This document shows positions 39,673 through 52,594 of a stretch of DNA of 64,000 bases, in pieces (the stretch's first letter is position 1; each line of letters opens with the position of its first letter). Below the pieces are notes generated by a model. That model was not told the DNA's origin. It saw only the letters and a program-made list of their open reading frames with translations, and made no database searches. This DNA comes from Octopus sinensis (lineage: Eukaryota). The translations under genes were made by a program, and so were the position numbers. The stretch is from positions 129,146,001-129,210,000 of the forward strand of contig NC_042999.1 of the NCBI RefSeq assembly GCF_006345805.1, given 5' to 3'.

Positions 39673-40699
39673 TAGTATTTGCAAGCTTATATAACTTGAT
39701 AACGTTTCTATTCTTCAAGACAAGTATTTGAGACAGCATGCACAAGTGTGTATGTGTGTGTGTGTGTGCGCGTATGCGTGCAATCATGTATTTGTATCAA
39801 TTTATGTACTTGCAAACAGCTGATATACTGGTAGCCATATATATATATATATATATAATATATATATATATATATTATATATATATATATATATATGCAC
39901 ACAGACATGGCTGAATGGTTCAGAAAATATGCAACCACATTTCAAATTTGGTCTAACTGCATAGCATTATGGTGAAATATTTTCTTCAATAGCAAGACTA
40001 ACCAATGCCTTATCTGTGAACTTGGTAGGTAGAAACTGTAAGGAACCATTATATGTTCTTTGCATGTTTTGGTGGTCTTTCAATTACACAAGCTAGACAC
40101 ATCACCTGACTGTATTAAAAATGGATGAATACACTCAATAATTCAGTCCTGGTGATATTATGCCAAAAATGTAAACAGGATGATTACAGCTAGAATGCCA
40201 CTTGATGATAATATTTGTCACAGGAAGCCTTTGTAACAATTAATTAATAGTGTTATTAAACCGCTTACTGAGAATAAAATTTTTTTTGTACAATCATACA
40301 CAAAACAGAGCAGATTTTCTATCAATATATTTTCCTTTTAAATCACATATGTACACGCATATACACATACATACATAGTATTAATAAAATAAAGAAAACA
40401 TATTTGGTATTTTAAGTGGACACCCATGAGATAAGAAATGGCACTAAATAATTGTGATATATTATTATTGCATATTTTGAAAACATAAACCCTTCATCAG
40501 ATATCATAGGGAAATGTGCTATTAAAAAAAGGTGGAAAAAAAGAAAGACAAACAAATCAACTTTCATCGACCAGTAACTATTGAATTTATAGATTGCTTA
40601 ATCAGTTTCCCAGATATTAGTTGCTAATATGAATAGAGTAATTATCTGCCATCTGCTTCTCTTACTATGTCTCTCAATATCTCTCTATATTCCCCACTC

Positions 40700-41600
40700 T
40701 TGTTCATTTGATGCCGTTAATACAAGCTTCTCTCTCTTTCTTTCTGAGTTGCTTTTGACACTGTTGATGCACTGTTGCTTGACCTGGCATCCACATGTTT
40801 TCATGCGCCTTAGTGCTGCATTATGTAATATCCTCTTGTTGTATATAGGTCAGGCAAAAAAACCTAGAGATCAATTCTTCCTTTTGTTTTGGAAGGGAAG
40901 GGTGGCAGTATATTGTGCTATGCATCTAAATACCACATTAGGTGAAAACAGTGATTTTGTATTTAACATCAGCAAACAGGACCATACCAATTTTGTTTCC
41001 TTCAACAGCACAAGACAAAATAACTACACATATAATAAAAAAAAAAATCCTACCCTTTCTCTTAAACATCACCAACATGCAACCAGATCACCTCAAAGTT
41101 ACAACAAATGCTGGTCTTTCTCTTGGTGATAGAATATTCTAAACATAGCAAAGTCTGCATTATACAGGCTGGTTTTTCTCTTCAGGGTCAGAAAATACTT
41201 TGACTCCCAATAATTACTAAACCTATACAGAATATTGTTCCTTCAAAAGGCATGGTACTGCTAGCAGACATCATTTATAGAAAATTCACTCAACTTATTC
41301 ATATGAAGTCACCAGTATGCTGGCCTACAGATATGCTGTCTCTCATTACCATTCCCACTATTACAATGGTGGCTTCTGTTCCTCAGCTAGCTGGTTTGTA
41401 CCCCTTCAACCAGAGATTCCCAATTTATTCTCAACTTGTTGTTCATATTGTATTTCCCACTCAGATGCCATATACACTCCTACATCATTCCTCCCTTCTC
41501 AGGACATTAGTGCCTGTAGAATTCCCTTAGCAGCCATCAACTTACAACCATTCATTAACCATGTTAGTCTCAACAGTATCAGCCTTCATCCAGACCAACC
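40700..41600 (-). mobile_element. Very decayed RTE LINE 3' half
   Basis: Minus-strand remnants resemble VGLHQG (41590), ..VT.KD.I and LRW.GHV.R (41050-41130), and K..(W)INSVKS (40750-40790). Recognised by eye only. Confidence 0.45.
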
Positions 41601-41669
41601 TAATGAAAAAAAATTTTTTTTTTTATTTAAAAATATTAAGAGCATCTGCCTAAAATAATGAGTCTGTAT

Positions 41670-42000
41670 TTGCACCTCATCATCACCATCATTGCGTAAT
41701 GTCTGCTTTCCATGCTGGCATGGGTTGGATGGTTTGACTGAAAACTGATAAGCTGCAGGGTTGCACCAGGTTCCAATTTGATTTGTCAAGGTTTCTACAG
41801 CTAGATGCCCTTCCTTATGCCAACCACTCTGATAGTGTAGTGGGCATTTTTTACATGCAACCGGGTGCCATTGACCTGACACCGGCATCAGCCATGACTA
41901 TGGTCTCACTTAGCTTGACAGGTCAACACAAGCACGGTATATCACCAAGGGTCTTGGTCACCTGTCACTGTCTCCATGAAGCCCAGCACTTGACTGTTGC
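41670..42000 (-). mobile_element. Type C SINE/RTE-tail fragment
   Basis: CATCATCACCATC..TTTCCATGCTGGCATGGGTTGG..GATGCCCTTCC..GCCAACCACTC. Confidence 0.75.
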
Positions 42001-44041
42001 TTTTTACCCTAGCTGCAACTTTACTACATATGTCTCACAGGTTTCCACAATGAGAGCTGACAGGAACTAAACAACATGTTACATGCTAAGTGAATGGCTA
42101 ATAGTAACACCAACTCAACTTGAAACTTACAACTATTCTTAAAAAGTCTAAAGCTGTCCCTGTCCATGTTTTTAATTGCTTTCTCTCTACAATTGGACCC
42201 TCTGTAATTCTACTGAGAATATCCCATTTTCCTTATTCTCTGTTTAATAAACAGAGATCCACTGCATCATAGAAAAAGTATGTTCCAGAAAATCTTGTAA
42301 CTTGCAACTCTGTAATATGAAACTCATTTTCTATCAGCTTCCAAGTTACAAGGAACTTGATGAACATAGAAATCAATGAGAAATACATTTCACATAACAA
42401 AATTCCACATTAGGGCAAGATTTTCAGTACAATGCTTCTGTAACAAGGGTGATGCCTGTATTGAAGATCTCTTTCTTTTCATTGAATGTCATTACAGTGA
42501 CACTTCATCACAATCATAACTTGGCTACTCAATTTTAACTCTCCTTGAAATATTTAAAAGAATATAAACAGGTTTTCTCATGCAGATCCAGAATTTAACA
42601 TTCTGGTTCAAATGTCTCACACAGTTGTATTTTTTAACATCTCATCCTAAATACTATGAATCTGAAGTAATGAAGCATCTAACATGATGAAGTAGACTTT
42701 GAAGATGATGGTTAGATGGTAACGATGTCCAGTTACTTTGTATGAAGACATAGGAGAATTCATTACATTTGGCAACTGTAGGCATCACAAATGAGAAGTA
42801 AATATTAGAAAAGCCGTAGTACAGAAAATATAGTTGGAGACAAAAGTAAGAAATGCGTTGATTTTTGCAGTTAAGGTACTGCCAACAAAGATACTTGGGC
42901 TGAAAAGTGTAAGGTAAGATTATTGACCAAAATTGGTATAGAGGAACTTGGCAAGAAGCCAGAATGCAAGTCTTAAGCGACTGCATATGAACATTATCAA
43001 TTTACTTTATAAGCTTTATTTGTTTTGTTTTGTTTATTTTTTTTAAGAAGCGATCTCATTTAGTTGTTCCCATTAAAAGATAGTTAACATTACATAAAAG
43101 GTCACTTACAATTAGAGAACAAAAGCATTCCAGCTGTATTAAAAGAGAAAACTATATGTTTTCTCTCTTAACATGGCTACTTTGGAATGGCTATTACATA
43201 TTGCCAGGTTCATGACAAAATCCAAATGTTGAGATGCTTTAAATAATCTATTATTTTTTTATAGCTAGAACTGACAATCTGATTTAGAGGCAGAAAGCCT
43301 GTTTTGATATTTACAGAACCTAATTTCAGTATCTTATGCTCTACAGCTGAATGAAATACTATTGTAAATGAAATATTATTGTAAAGAAAGTTAATTATAC
43401 CAAAAAAAATTTATTTTGTTATATCTTTTCTTTTATTTTTTAGTTTTAATCTAACATTTTAATTTAATGTTATTGCAGCAAATAAAATCCTCTACTACAC
43501 ATTATTGCTCAAGAAATGAGAAATGCTGAAACATCTGCAAGAAATGAGCAAACGGCTGTGACCATGCTGGAGCACTGCCAGTTATAGTTTACATAATTTT
43601 AATAAAGCCCATTATACAGAAGTACATGATAAATGCTTGAGATAAAGTCAAAATGAAAACAAAAAAACTTGCCCAGCAACGTTTTTATTGCAAAGGGAAA
43701 TTAGTAACATTCTTTTAGGGCATCTAAAAACAGGCATGAAAATGACAAACACATAGCTGAGACCCCAGGAATAAATTCAAAGTGGCTTTGATATTTTCAA
43801 AATTATATCTCAGAAAGAACAGCATTGCATAGTATGTCATATTAAAAATTCTAATTAAGCTTCCTAACACAAAGTAACAATATTTTCAGCCATTTACTGT
43901 CCATTATCTTGCTAAAAGTTTCATGAAAAATTTTTTAAGATTCTACATCTTTCATTAATTTTCTTTTCAATATATAAGCATTGGCTGGGCGCTTCTTCAA
44001 ATTCAAAAACTAAATATTCATTAAGTAGAATCAGTACTTAC

Positions 44042-44086
44042 TTTTCAGTTAAGTGATAAGTGCACTGTCTGTGGTATGGGTTGAAA
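44042..44086 (-). CDS. Putative internal exon (H)FNPYHRQCTYHLTE
   Basis: Acceptor AATTCAG, donor GTAAGT, 45 nt, phase 2 to 2; only this frame is open. Confidence 0.5.
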
Positions 44087-45091
44087 CTGAATTCTATGGA
44101 TCTAACACTCCTAAGCTACCATGCTGTCATATTACAGCAAGATATAAAGATCCTTACACTAAATTCTATTTTGGTAACAATGAAAGTAACAAATGTGTCT
44201 CAACTATTCTCTATTTTCAATACAGTAGTATTAAAATAGAAGCAAACACACTCTATGAACCTGCAGCTAGTTCCTGGAAACCAAGACACAATTGTTCACA
44301 AATATATGCAATTATGTAAAATGATATAAGAGTTAAATAATTACTGATAATAAACTGAGAAAATTATGAAAGTAAGGGAATAAAAAAATCTAACTTACTA
44401 CTTTAAAGTTAGTTTTATACATAAAATAAAGTTTGGAAGTTATAAAATATTTTGAAAATTTGCTTAACTTCATTATATTAGTTGGAAATATCTAATATGC
44501 ACTGTAAAAATAGCTATTTTTTAAAAAGATAGGGACCATCCGCACAAGTATTAGATGACAGCTACTTAATAAGAACTATTTCAAACAGGTAAAGCAGAAG
44601 AGCAAGTATATAATTAAGAAAAGTACCTTCATGCACACTACATAAACACCATACTTAGTGACTATAGAATGCCATGAATTATGAGTGGTATATTACATTG
44701 CCTAACAAGAAAGAAGCATTTCCTGCTTGCTTTGACTTAGGAGCCATATCCAGATAAAACCAACTAGTGTGTGAGTGGGAGTATTTGTGTGTATTATAAA
44801 GAATAGTTGAAATAAACAGGTGTCTTGTTTCTTACTATATATTTTTTACACTGACTATAAGAAAAGAAAATGTTACATTTTGTTATCTTAACAGCTAACT
44901 AGATTTCATCTCCTTCTATGATATGAAAGTTGTCTGTTTATATTTATGCATTAATGACTAGGAATATTTTAACATTACAATCAGGCAATATATGAAGTGT
45001 ATTTCTACCTCCAAGATCAATTTAGATACTCAGCATAGTTTATTTTCACTAAGTCAAATTGCTATTATTTAATCTGAAGCAGACCACTCAC

Positions 45092-45200
45092 TGGAATGGC
45101 ATATATGCAGCATAAATGGGAAATAAACTCTTCAGATTACAGTAGAGATAGTTTTCGGAAGATACATGAAAATTAGAATGTCTTTCAACAACATACAAAG
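45092..45200 (-). CDS. Putative internal exon (A)LYVVERHSNFHVSSENYLYCNLKSLFPIYAAYMPF
   Basis: Donor GTGAGT, acceptor ..AAAAACAG (weak tract), 109 nt, phase 1 to 2. The only open frame is the one that joins both neighbours. Confidence 0.48.
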
Positions 45201-45367
45201 CTGTTTTTCTAAGTTAATTCAACTGACACCAGTATTTTACTGGCATTATTTTACTGAAACCCAGAGATAAGGAAATGCTTTAATGGCATTTTAATACAAA
45301 ACAAAAAAAAATATTTGTAGCAGATACCAACCCAATCAAAGTCAGTAAGGAAAAATTAAATTTAATT

Positions 45368-45586
45368 TTTTCGCATTTAAACCGGCCATATCTGGCCAAA
45401 ATGTTCTACCCATTTTATGTTCACTGGCCAGATTTGGCTTCTCACACCTATCCTATAATGTTATTGCAAATATAAACAATCACATCATCAAAATCTGAAA
45501 GCTACGAGTTAATGCATAATAAATTCAAACAATATGAATAAATCAATATTACATTTGACAGGATGATCTGAATGCTAAAGGGTTAA
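45368..45586. mobile_element. piggyBac-type MITE
   Basis: Homologous to 61393-61613; right end AAAGGG|TTAA. Confidence 0.8.
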
Positions 45587-46745
45587 ACCAATAATGACGA
45601 CTAGGTAGAGTCAATGAAAAAATATTTTAACCTACAAATAAATCTTAACTTTTTTTCCCTCTCCTTTTAAAGCTTTGCATCCCTTCACATAAACTCCAAG
45701 ACTCCATTTTATTTTTAATTTCTATTCATAAATCAAAATAATTTTCATCAACTATTACAGGCTGAAAAAAATTCAAGAAAAAGATAAGTTAATCAGCTTT
45801 GTCCACATTTATATTACTACTATTAGGAAAAATATATTACAAATATGACAAAAACTGAGTTAATTTGATGATGTGAATGAAAAAGAAAAGCTTCATATCG
45901 AACTAAATCTTTAGAATTGCCAAAATAATGGATTTTCTCAAAAATGATAAACAAAGGGAATTTAGTTTATTTCTCAGCTTGCAGGTTTTTCAACATTCTT
46001 AGCAGTGGCACTCTTTATCTACAAGGAAGAATTTAATTTGCAGTAATTGCATCAGATAAGCAGTAAGCCAGAAATGAATTTGACTTAAATGTTGATTTAA
46101 AAAGAACTAAAATTACATTTTTTTACTAACTTATATTCACTGCTAGTTGCTAACTGGTGAGATGAGACTAAAAATTTTGATATTTTCAAATGAATTGTTG
46201 GAACAAGAATTTACACAGCTGGATATACTTCTTAATAGAAAGCACTGAACTGTGAATTTTCAGTTTGGCTGAATTTTTAACTCATAACATTTATCATCTA
46301 ATGTTACAAAAATTTCTTTTGACTACTCAGAACTGAAAGATCCTTGATTTTGTACAAATCTCATAGTGGATAAGCCTGCATTTTTTGCAAATTTCTATAT
46401 ATTGTTCTTTCTCTCTTTCTCTGTGATAATTTCTGAATTAGATATTTACAACAGTGTCTGTAAACCTTTTCAAACACAATTTATGTAAGTGGTTTTAGCA
46501 TTAATCTGTGTGAGAGTAGAAATAATACTAGAAACATAACCATCCAAATTATTCGTACTTTAAATTTATTGTCTGAGGTTTTACATAATCCTTTAAATGG
46601 TTGTCAATGTCTCTTGTCCCTAAAATGAAATTCAGATATCTGGTCATTTAATATATATATATATGAAGTAGACATCAAGGGAATGAAACTGAATGCCATC
46701 AATAAAGGATTTGTAACAGTAGGAAAGTAATTAAAAGAGAAATAC

Positions 46746-46814
46746 CTGATTGAACTATTGCCAGGAACTGGTGGACGCGACAATTATTAAGAAAGATGGT
46801 AAATCCAGGAAAAC
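46746..46814 (-). CDS. Putative internal exon FPGFTIFLNNCRVHQFLAIVQS
   Basis: Acceptor ATTTCTCTTCAG, donor GTATTT, 69 nt, phase 1 to 1; only this frame is open; locally GC/CpG richer. Confidence 0.5.
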
Positions 46815-47342
46815 CTGAAGAGAAATAATTAAAACTGACATTAGTAATTTAAACGTATATGGTTGCATTGATACTAATGTTAGAAACATTGGCAATCTTT
46901 AATTTTGGAGGAAAGTTTTAAAAGTTGAAAACATTATTCATATATATTTAAGCATGAAACTTCAGTCAAGTGTTTCATTCAAAGATCTGTGTTTTTTAAT
47001 TTAGAAAGGCTTGAATGCATCACATCCACTTTCCCTTACTATCTAAACCAGATCTTTTCTGTATGGCTGCCACTTTTCAATTTCTTCAATTTTTGTTCTA
47101 GTTGATTTCATATTTGGTGTATTGGTGTGGTTTTGTAAAGTAATCATTGACATGAACTTCATTTTCACCATAAATCAATAAAGAGTTAATAGCTTTTAAA
47201 GTTTGCAAATTTTGGGTAATTTTAGCCAATTGAAAGCCATAGGTGCCTGTTTCCATAGTAATAAGCTAAGCAGTTACCAAGTTGCTTACCACATGTTCTT
47301 TTTGTCATTTATTAAATGCTTAAACACATGCAGTATGAGATG

Positions 47343-47955
47343 TGCTAAAAATAACAGCTAAATAGGCCTTAAATCATGCAGGAAAATATATTTGTGGGGA
47401 AGGGGGCATAATTGTATGAATTCCTATGTGTAGAATATAAAATCACAAGAATTTTCTAAAAATTCCAAAAAATAAAAAAGTTATGAGGGGTAATATGGCA
47501 TGTGTAAAGCAGGATTCCACCAATATTCCATTTGTTTACAGCTGACAACACATGATGTCATGCACAAAAGAACAGCTTCCAAATCCTGTTTTCTGACTGG
47601 GTAAAAATGATCAAATTTTAAACTTGTGTAACTTTTTCAAAAAAAATTTCTGGCAAAAGTGAATTATCTCTTGAGATTCAGCATGGAAAATTACATTAAT
47701 ACACTAAATTTTAAAATTTTCACCAAACTTTAAAATTTCCACAGGTGCAACCAAACAGAAAAGATCCTCTAAATCTGAGGTGGTGATAATTACTTAGCTG
47801 AGATCATCCTTGACTGAGCAGAGTCAAGCAGCAAAGGCATTGCATCTGTAATCATGTCTTTCTTTTGCATATCAGAACTAATTTATCTAGAGTATCTTTC
47901 CATCTTTTAAGATGGTAGGGTGATATGTAAGGAAAATCAGCAGCTATTTCTAGCA
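47343..47955. mobile_element. TIR-bounded non-autonomous DNA transposon, superfamily not assigned
   Basis: Left TGCTAAAAATAAC versus right GCTATTTCTAGCA (reverse complement TGCTAGAAATAGC, 11/13). Confidence 0.55.
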
Positions 47956-48179
47956 TAAGTAATCTCATAAAAAACTTTTTTAGTATCTCATTGCAAATAA
48001 TTTCTTCCTTGTGGACTGAGCCTTTTTGTACAAGTTAGTTGATAATCTGGCATATTACTGGTACATCATGACAACAACACTAAAGTAAAAAGTCAACTCA
48101 GAGAGAATTCATACACTATATCATCTAGTGTGGTTCTTCTTATCTTCTACCACTCTTTTTTTCACTACCCCTAAACAAT

Positions 48180-48590
48180 TCTTTTATTCTTTTACTTGTT
48201 TTAATCATCTGAATACAGCCATGCTGGAGCATCGTCTTAAAGAGGTTTAGTCAAAGAAATCAACCACAGGACTTATTCTTTTTAAGCCTAGTACTTATTC
48301 AATCAGTCTCTTGTGCCAAACTGCTAAGTTACAGGGAATGTAAACACACTAACACCGGCCATCGAGTGGTGGGTGGGTGGGTGGGGGACAAACACAGACA
48401 CAAAGGCACACACAAATATATATATGTGTATGTATATACGATGGGCTTCTTTCAGTGTGCATCTATCAAATCCACTCACAAGGTTTTGGTTAGCCTGAAC
48501 TAGAGTCTGAAGACACTTGCCATTCAGTTAGACTGAGCCCAGAACTAAGTGGTTGGGAAGCAAGCTTCTTACCACACAGTCATGCCTACG
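48180..48590 (-). mobile_element. tRNA-derived SINE, type A
   Basis: TTCTTTTACTTGTTT..GCCATGCTGGAGCA..ACGATGGGCTTCTTTCAG..CAAATCCACTCACAAGG..GGTTGGGAAGCAAGCTTCTTACCACACAG. Confidence 0.85.
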
Positions 48591-50349
48591 CCAATCGTTA
48601 CAACAAAAGAATAGCAAAATAAAATAATAATACATAGGTATTTTCTAACTACATCTAATTATTGGAGTATGTCCATGTATTCTAGGTTTATTTCAGTTTA
48701 TATTTTAATGAATAAGAATGAGGAAATGTTTAGTTAGTTTCAGCTAATGAACTATTCATTTCACATAAAATTTAACCATTAAAGTATTTAATACTGAGGC
48801 ATTCAAGAACTAGTTCACTATTTATATCAATTATTACAAATATGACTGTAATATAAAACAAGTGAAGTCATTACAGTGAGTGATAAGGTAAACACTTCAC
48901 TCAATGTTTTGCTATCTGACAGATAAAACAGCATTTTTCTAACTTATCCACTAAGGACAGGACTGTACAAATAAGGATTTCTAACAGAGGCACCCTATGC
49001 CACACATTCATACAGGAGGTTGTGACATTTATATCTTTTCTAAGGGTGTTAGTAATCTAAGTTAAATGATTCCAACTGGAAATATCAATCAGGTCAAGGA
49101 TTGTTTGTCAAGTAGCATTTCTTACATAAAAATTTTCACATGCATAGAAGAGGAAAATCATGAAGTTTTAAAGCTTATGCCGTTCCTGAGGAATTTAGCA
49201 ACTAAAGGAAAGCAGTTATATCTTTGAAGCAAAATGAATTCATAACTTCAGTTTGGTGACAAAGTAACCTCACACACTCATCCATGCCACAATAAACCAA
49301 ATGAAATAATTTTTACATATTAAGTACAATATTTTTTTTTGTTTTTGTAATGGCATAGTAAATAGCCAATTGAATAAACTATTCAAGTAAAACTTCTATT
49401 AACATCTAAGAGGATGAAAAGAAATATCCTCCTACAATCTCAGAAATGTGAGGTACCAAATTAAATGTAAATCATATACCTAAGCTTTCTATGAATATTC
49501 TTTTCCTTTTTCCCTACTGTCATTATTTAAAAATTGTCAATCTGTTTCAAGGACTAAAACAGTTGACTAACACCTTTACCCTTGTAGAAGGAATTTGTGT
49601 ACATTTTTCAACTGTAAGAGGATTTGAGCTAATGCATTAATCACCATTTGCAGTACCCATAATGCAAACAACAATTAGCTACATTTCTTCATGGTACTTT
49701 ATTAATAATGAAGTCAATCAGACAACTGAAAATTGTATGTCTTGATCATTCGCATAGTACAGTGCCAGTGATGAAATATAAGCCATCAAGCTTTTAGTTG
49801 ATAGGCCATAACATTAACAAGCTGTTTAGATATAATAAGGATTTCCTGAGACATTCCTTTCCTGTTTCACTGTCCAACAGTAGTAAACATGAGGTAATAA
49901 GATCATAGTGATTTTAAATACTTAGGATCAAAGAAATATTACCTAACCTTCAATGGTACTACTCCAAAAAACATTTCAGAGCCTTGTTACTATAATTTTA
50001 TCACTGTATTCTATACAGGGTGCTCAATTTAAACCACAATGACTATTCAGGTAAAAATATTTCCCTGCTGATCTAAAATATGATCTGTTTATCTAACAGC
50101 TTCGAAATCTAATATTTAGCTGAAGGACTTGGTTAAAGGTATACTTTTTGTAACTCCCCAGCAGATTTTGTATTATGATATTGTAAACAGGTTGATTAAA
50201 TCAGTACAGAACCTAAGATAAGACCACCATCTTACCATCTTATTGTTACTGTATATAGGCCAGGTGTATTAATTCATCCTTAAGTGTCATTATTTCTGCT
50301 TATACAATGATTATATATCTGTGTGTTTAAGTGAGTGTACACACACACA

Positions 50350-50521
50350 CATATCATCAACAACATCCGTTTTCCATGCTGACATGGGTTGGACAGTATA
50401 ACTAGAGCTGGCAAGCTGGTGAGTGGCACCAGGTTCCTGTGTTATGCGGTTTGGTTTCTAGAGCTGGATGCCCTTCCTAATGCCAACCACTTTACAGAAC
50501 GTGCTGGCTGCTTTTAAAGTG

Positions 50522-50524
<3 letters not shown>
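50350..50524 (-). mobile_element. RTE/SINE tail fragment
   Basis: CATCCGTTTTCCATGCTGACATGGGTTGG..GCTGGATGCCCTTCCTAATGCCAACCAC. Confidence 0.75.
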
Positions 50525-50860
<336 letters not shown>

Positions 50861-51057
50861 CTGCAAATATTAAATTATTAACTACATGATTGCAAGATAG
50901 TTTGGTGAGGAATTCACGAAACAGTGTATCAATCCATACCAGAGTTACAATTGAGTGGCTGGGCATATATTATTGATACTCAATAAAGATGAATTAGTAA
51001 TGATCAGAGGATCATTGATATTTAATCCTTCTATAAAACTATTGGTGAGATAGGTAC

Positions 51058-51415
51058 AGGCATGGCTGTAGTAAGAAGCTTGCTTCCCAACCACATGGTT
51101 CCAGGTTCAGTCCCACAGCATGGCACCTTGTGCAAGTGTATTCTACTATAGCCTCGGACCAAACGAAGCCTTGTAAGTGGATATGATAGACAGAAGCTGA
51201 AAGAAGCCTGTCATATACATGTGTGTGTGAACATGCATTTATGTGTGTGTATCTTCGTATCTGTCCCAGTAATTTAGTGGTCTGGCAAAAGAGACCGATA
51301 GAATAAGTACTAGGCTTGCAAAGTATAAGTTCTGAGGTTGATTTCTTTAACTAAAACCCTTTGAGGTGGTCTCCAGCATGGCCACAGTCAGATGAGTAAA
51401 ACATGTAAAAGAATA
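51058..51415 (+). mobile_element. tRNA-derived SINE, type A
   Basis: GGCATGGCTGTAGTAAGAAGCTTGCTTCCCAACCAC..GGTTCAGTCCC..GAGACCGATAGAATAAGTACTAGGC..GTAAAAGA. Confidence 0.88.
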
Positions 51416-52275
51416 ACATAATTTAATCAGTAAATATTATTACATATGCCAATTAAATCATGAATGCTGAATGATGATGATGACTATCCACTAATGATCA
51501 AGGAAGACTATCACTGATCATTAAGAACATTGTGCACTCAAACAGCAATGTCCCTGATTTAATGTCAGCAATGCTTGTGCAAAATTTAAAATCCAATGAG
51601 AGACCCTCTCCACCCTATTGACATGATCAAGAAACAAGCAAAGACAAGATATCTACTGCCAATATGGGTTGCAAGCTAAGGAGTGTCAAAGAACCATGAT
51701 TTCAAATGCAAGCAAAAGATCCCCAAAATGTCCACTATTATTCCCTGCATATACAGTTTTAAGTCAGAATGAAATTCTCCTCAAGACACTCTTTAACAAA
51801 AGTTGAGACATGCCTCACTACGAGAGGTCATCCAACACACTGGATACCATTCAGGAATTTGTAAGTGCCTCTGCTATTACTAGTCAGCTGTTGAACCTAA
51901 AGTGGGTTCATCTGTCATTTTGACAGATCTTCATTTTAGTCCTGCTGAGATTCTAGCAACATTCCTCACCCAGTTAGCCTGGTGCGGCATTGCTTTCATT
52001 GCTGATGGCCAAACCACGCAACAGATTGTACTAGATTCTATGTCACATGTATACTTCATAAGAGACTTACATACATGTGTGTGTGTGTGTGTGTGTGTAC
52101 ATATACAGGATGTGTTGAATGGAGTGTCATCTAAATTACACAAAAATGAAATTAAAACTAACATCTTATTTTAACAGGTATATATTTACCACAATTAAAT
52201 AAAAATATCTTGTAATGCTAAACAGTAACTTTATTCGATAAAATTGGCATATATACATATATACGTGTATATATG

Positions 52276-52319
<44 letters not shown>

Positions 52320-52324
<5 letters not shown>

Positions 52325-52594
52325 TCATCATAATTTAACATCCGCTTTCCATGCTAGCATGGGTTGGACGATTTGACTGAGGTCTAGCGAACCAGATGGC
52401 TGCACCAGACTCCAATCTGATCTGGCAGAGTTTCTACAGCTGGATGCCCTTCCTAACGCCAACCACTCCGAGAGTGTAGTGGGTGCTTTATATACATATA
52501 TAATACATATATATATACATATATACCGGCATGAGAGCAGTCAGGCGGTACTGGTAATGACCACGCTCAAATGGTGCTTTTTATCTGCCACCAG
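52320..52594 (-). mobile_element. RTE/SINE tail element interrupting the Penelope-like copy
   Basis: CATCATCAT..CCGCTTTCCATGCTAGCATGGGTTGGACG..CTTCCTAACGCCAACCACTCCGAGAGTGTAGTGGGTGC. Confidence 0.82.

Noticed and set aside
40629-41129. Plus ORF containing LYIGQAKKPRDQF, resembling a GIY-YIG endonuclease motif
   Set aside because: No surrounding GIY-YIG or PLE motifs. The same bases read better as a decayed RTE C-terminus on the minus strand.
47290-47344. Minus-strand exon with GTAAGC donor (HLILHVFKHLINDKKNM)
   Set aside because: Its phase 2 end is incompatible with the next exon, and it abuts or lies within repeat sequence.
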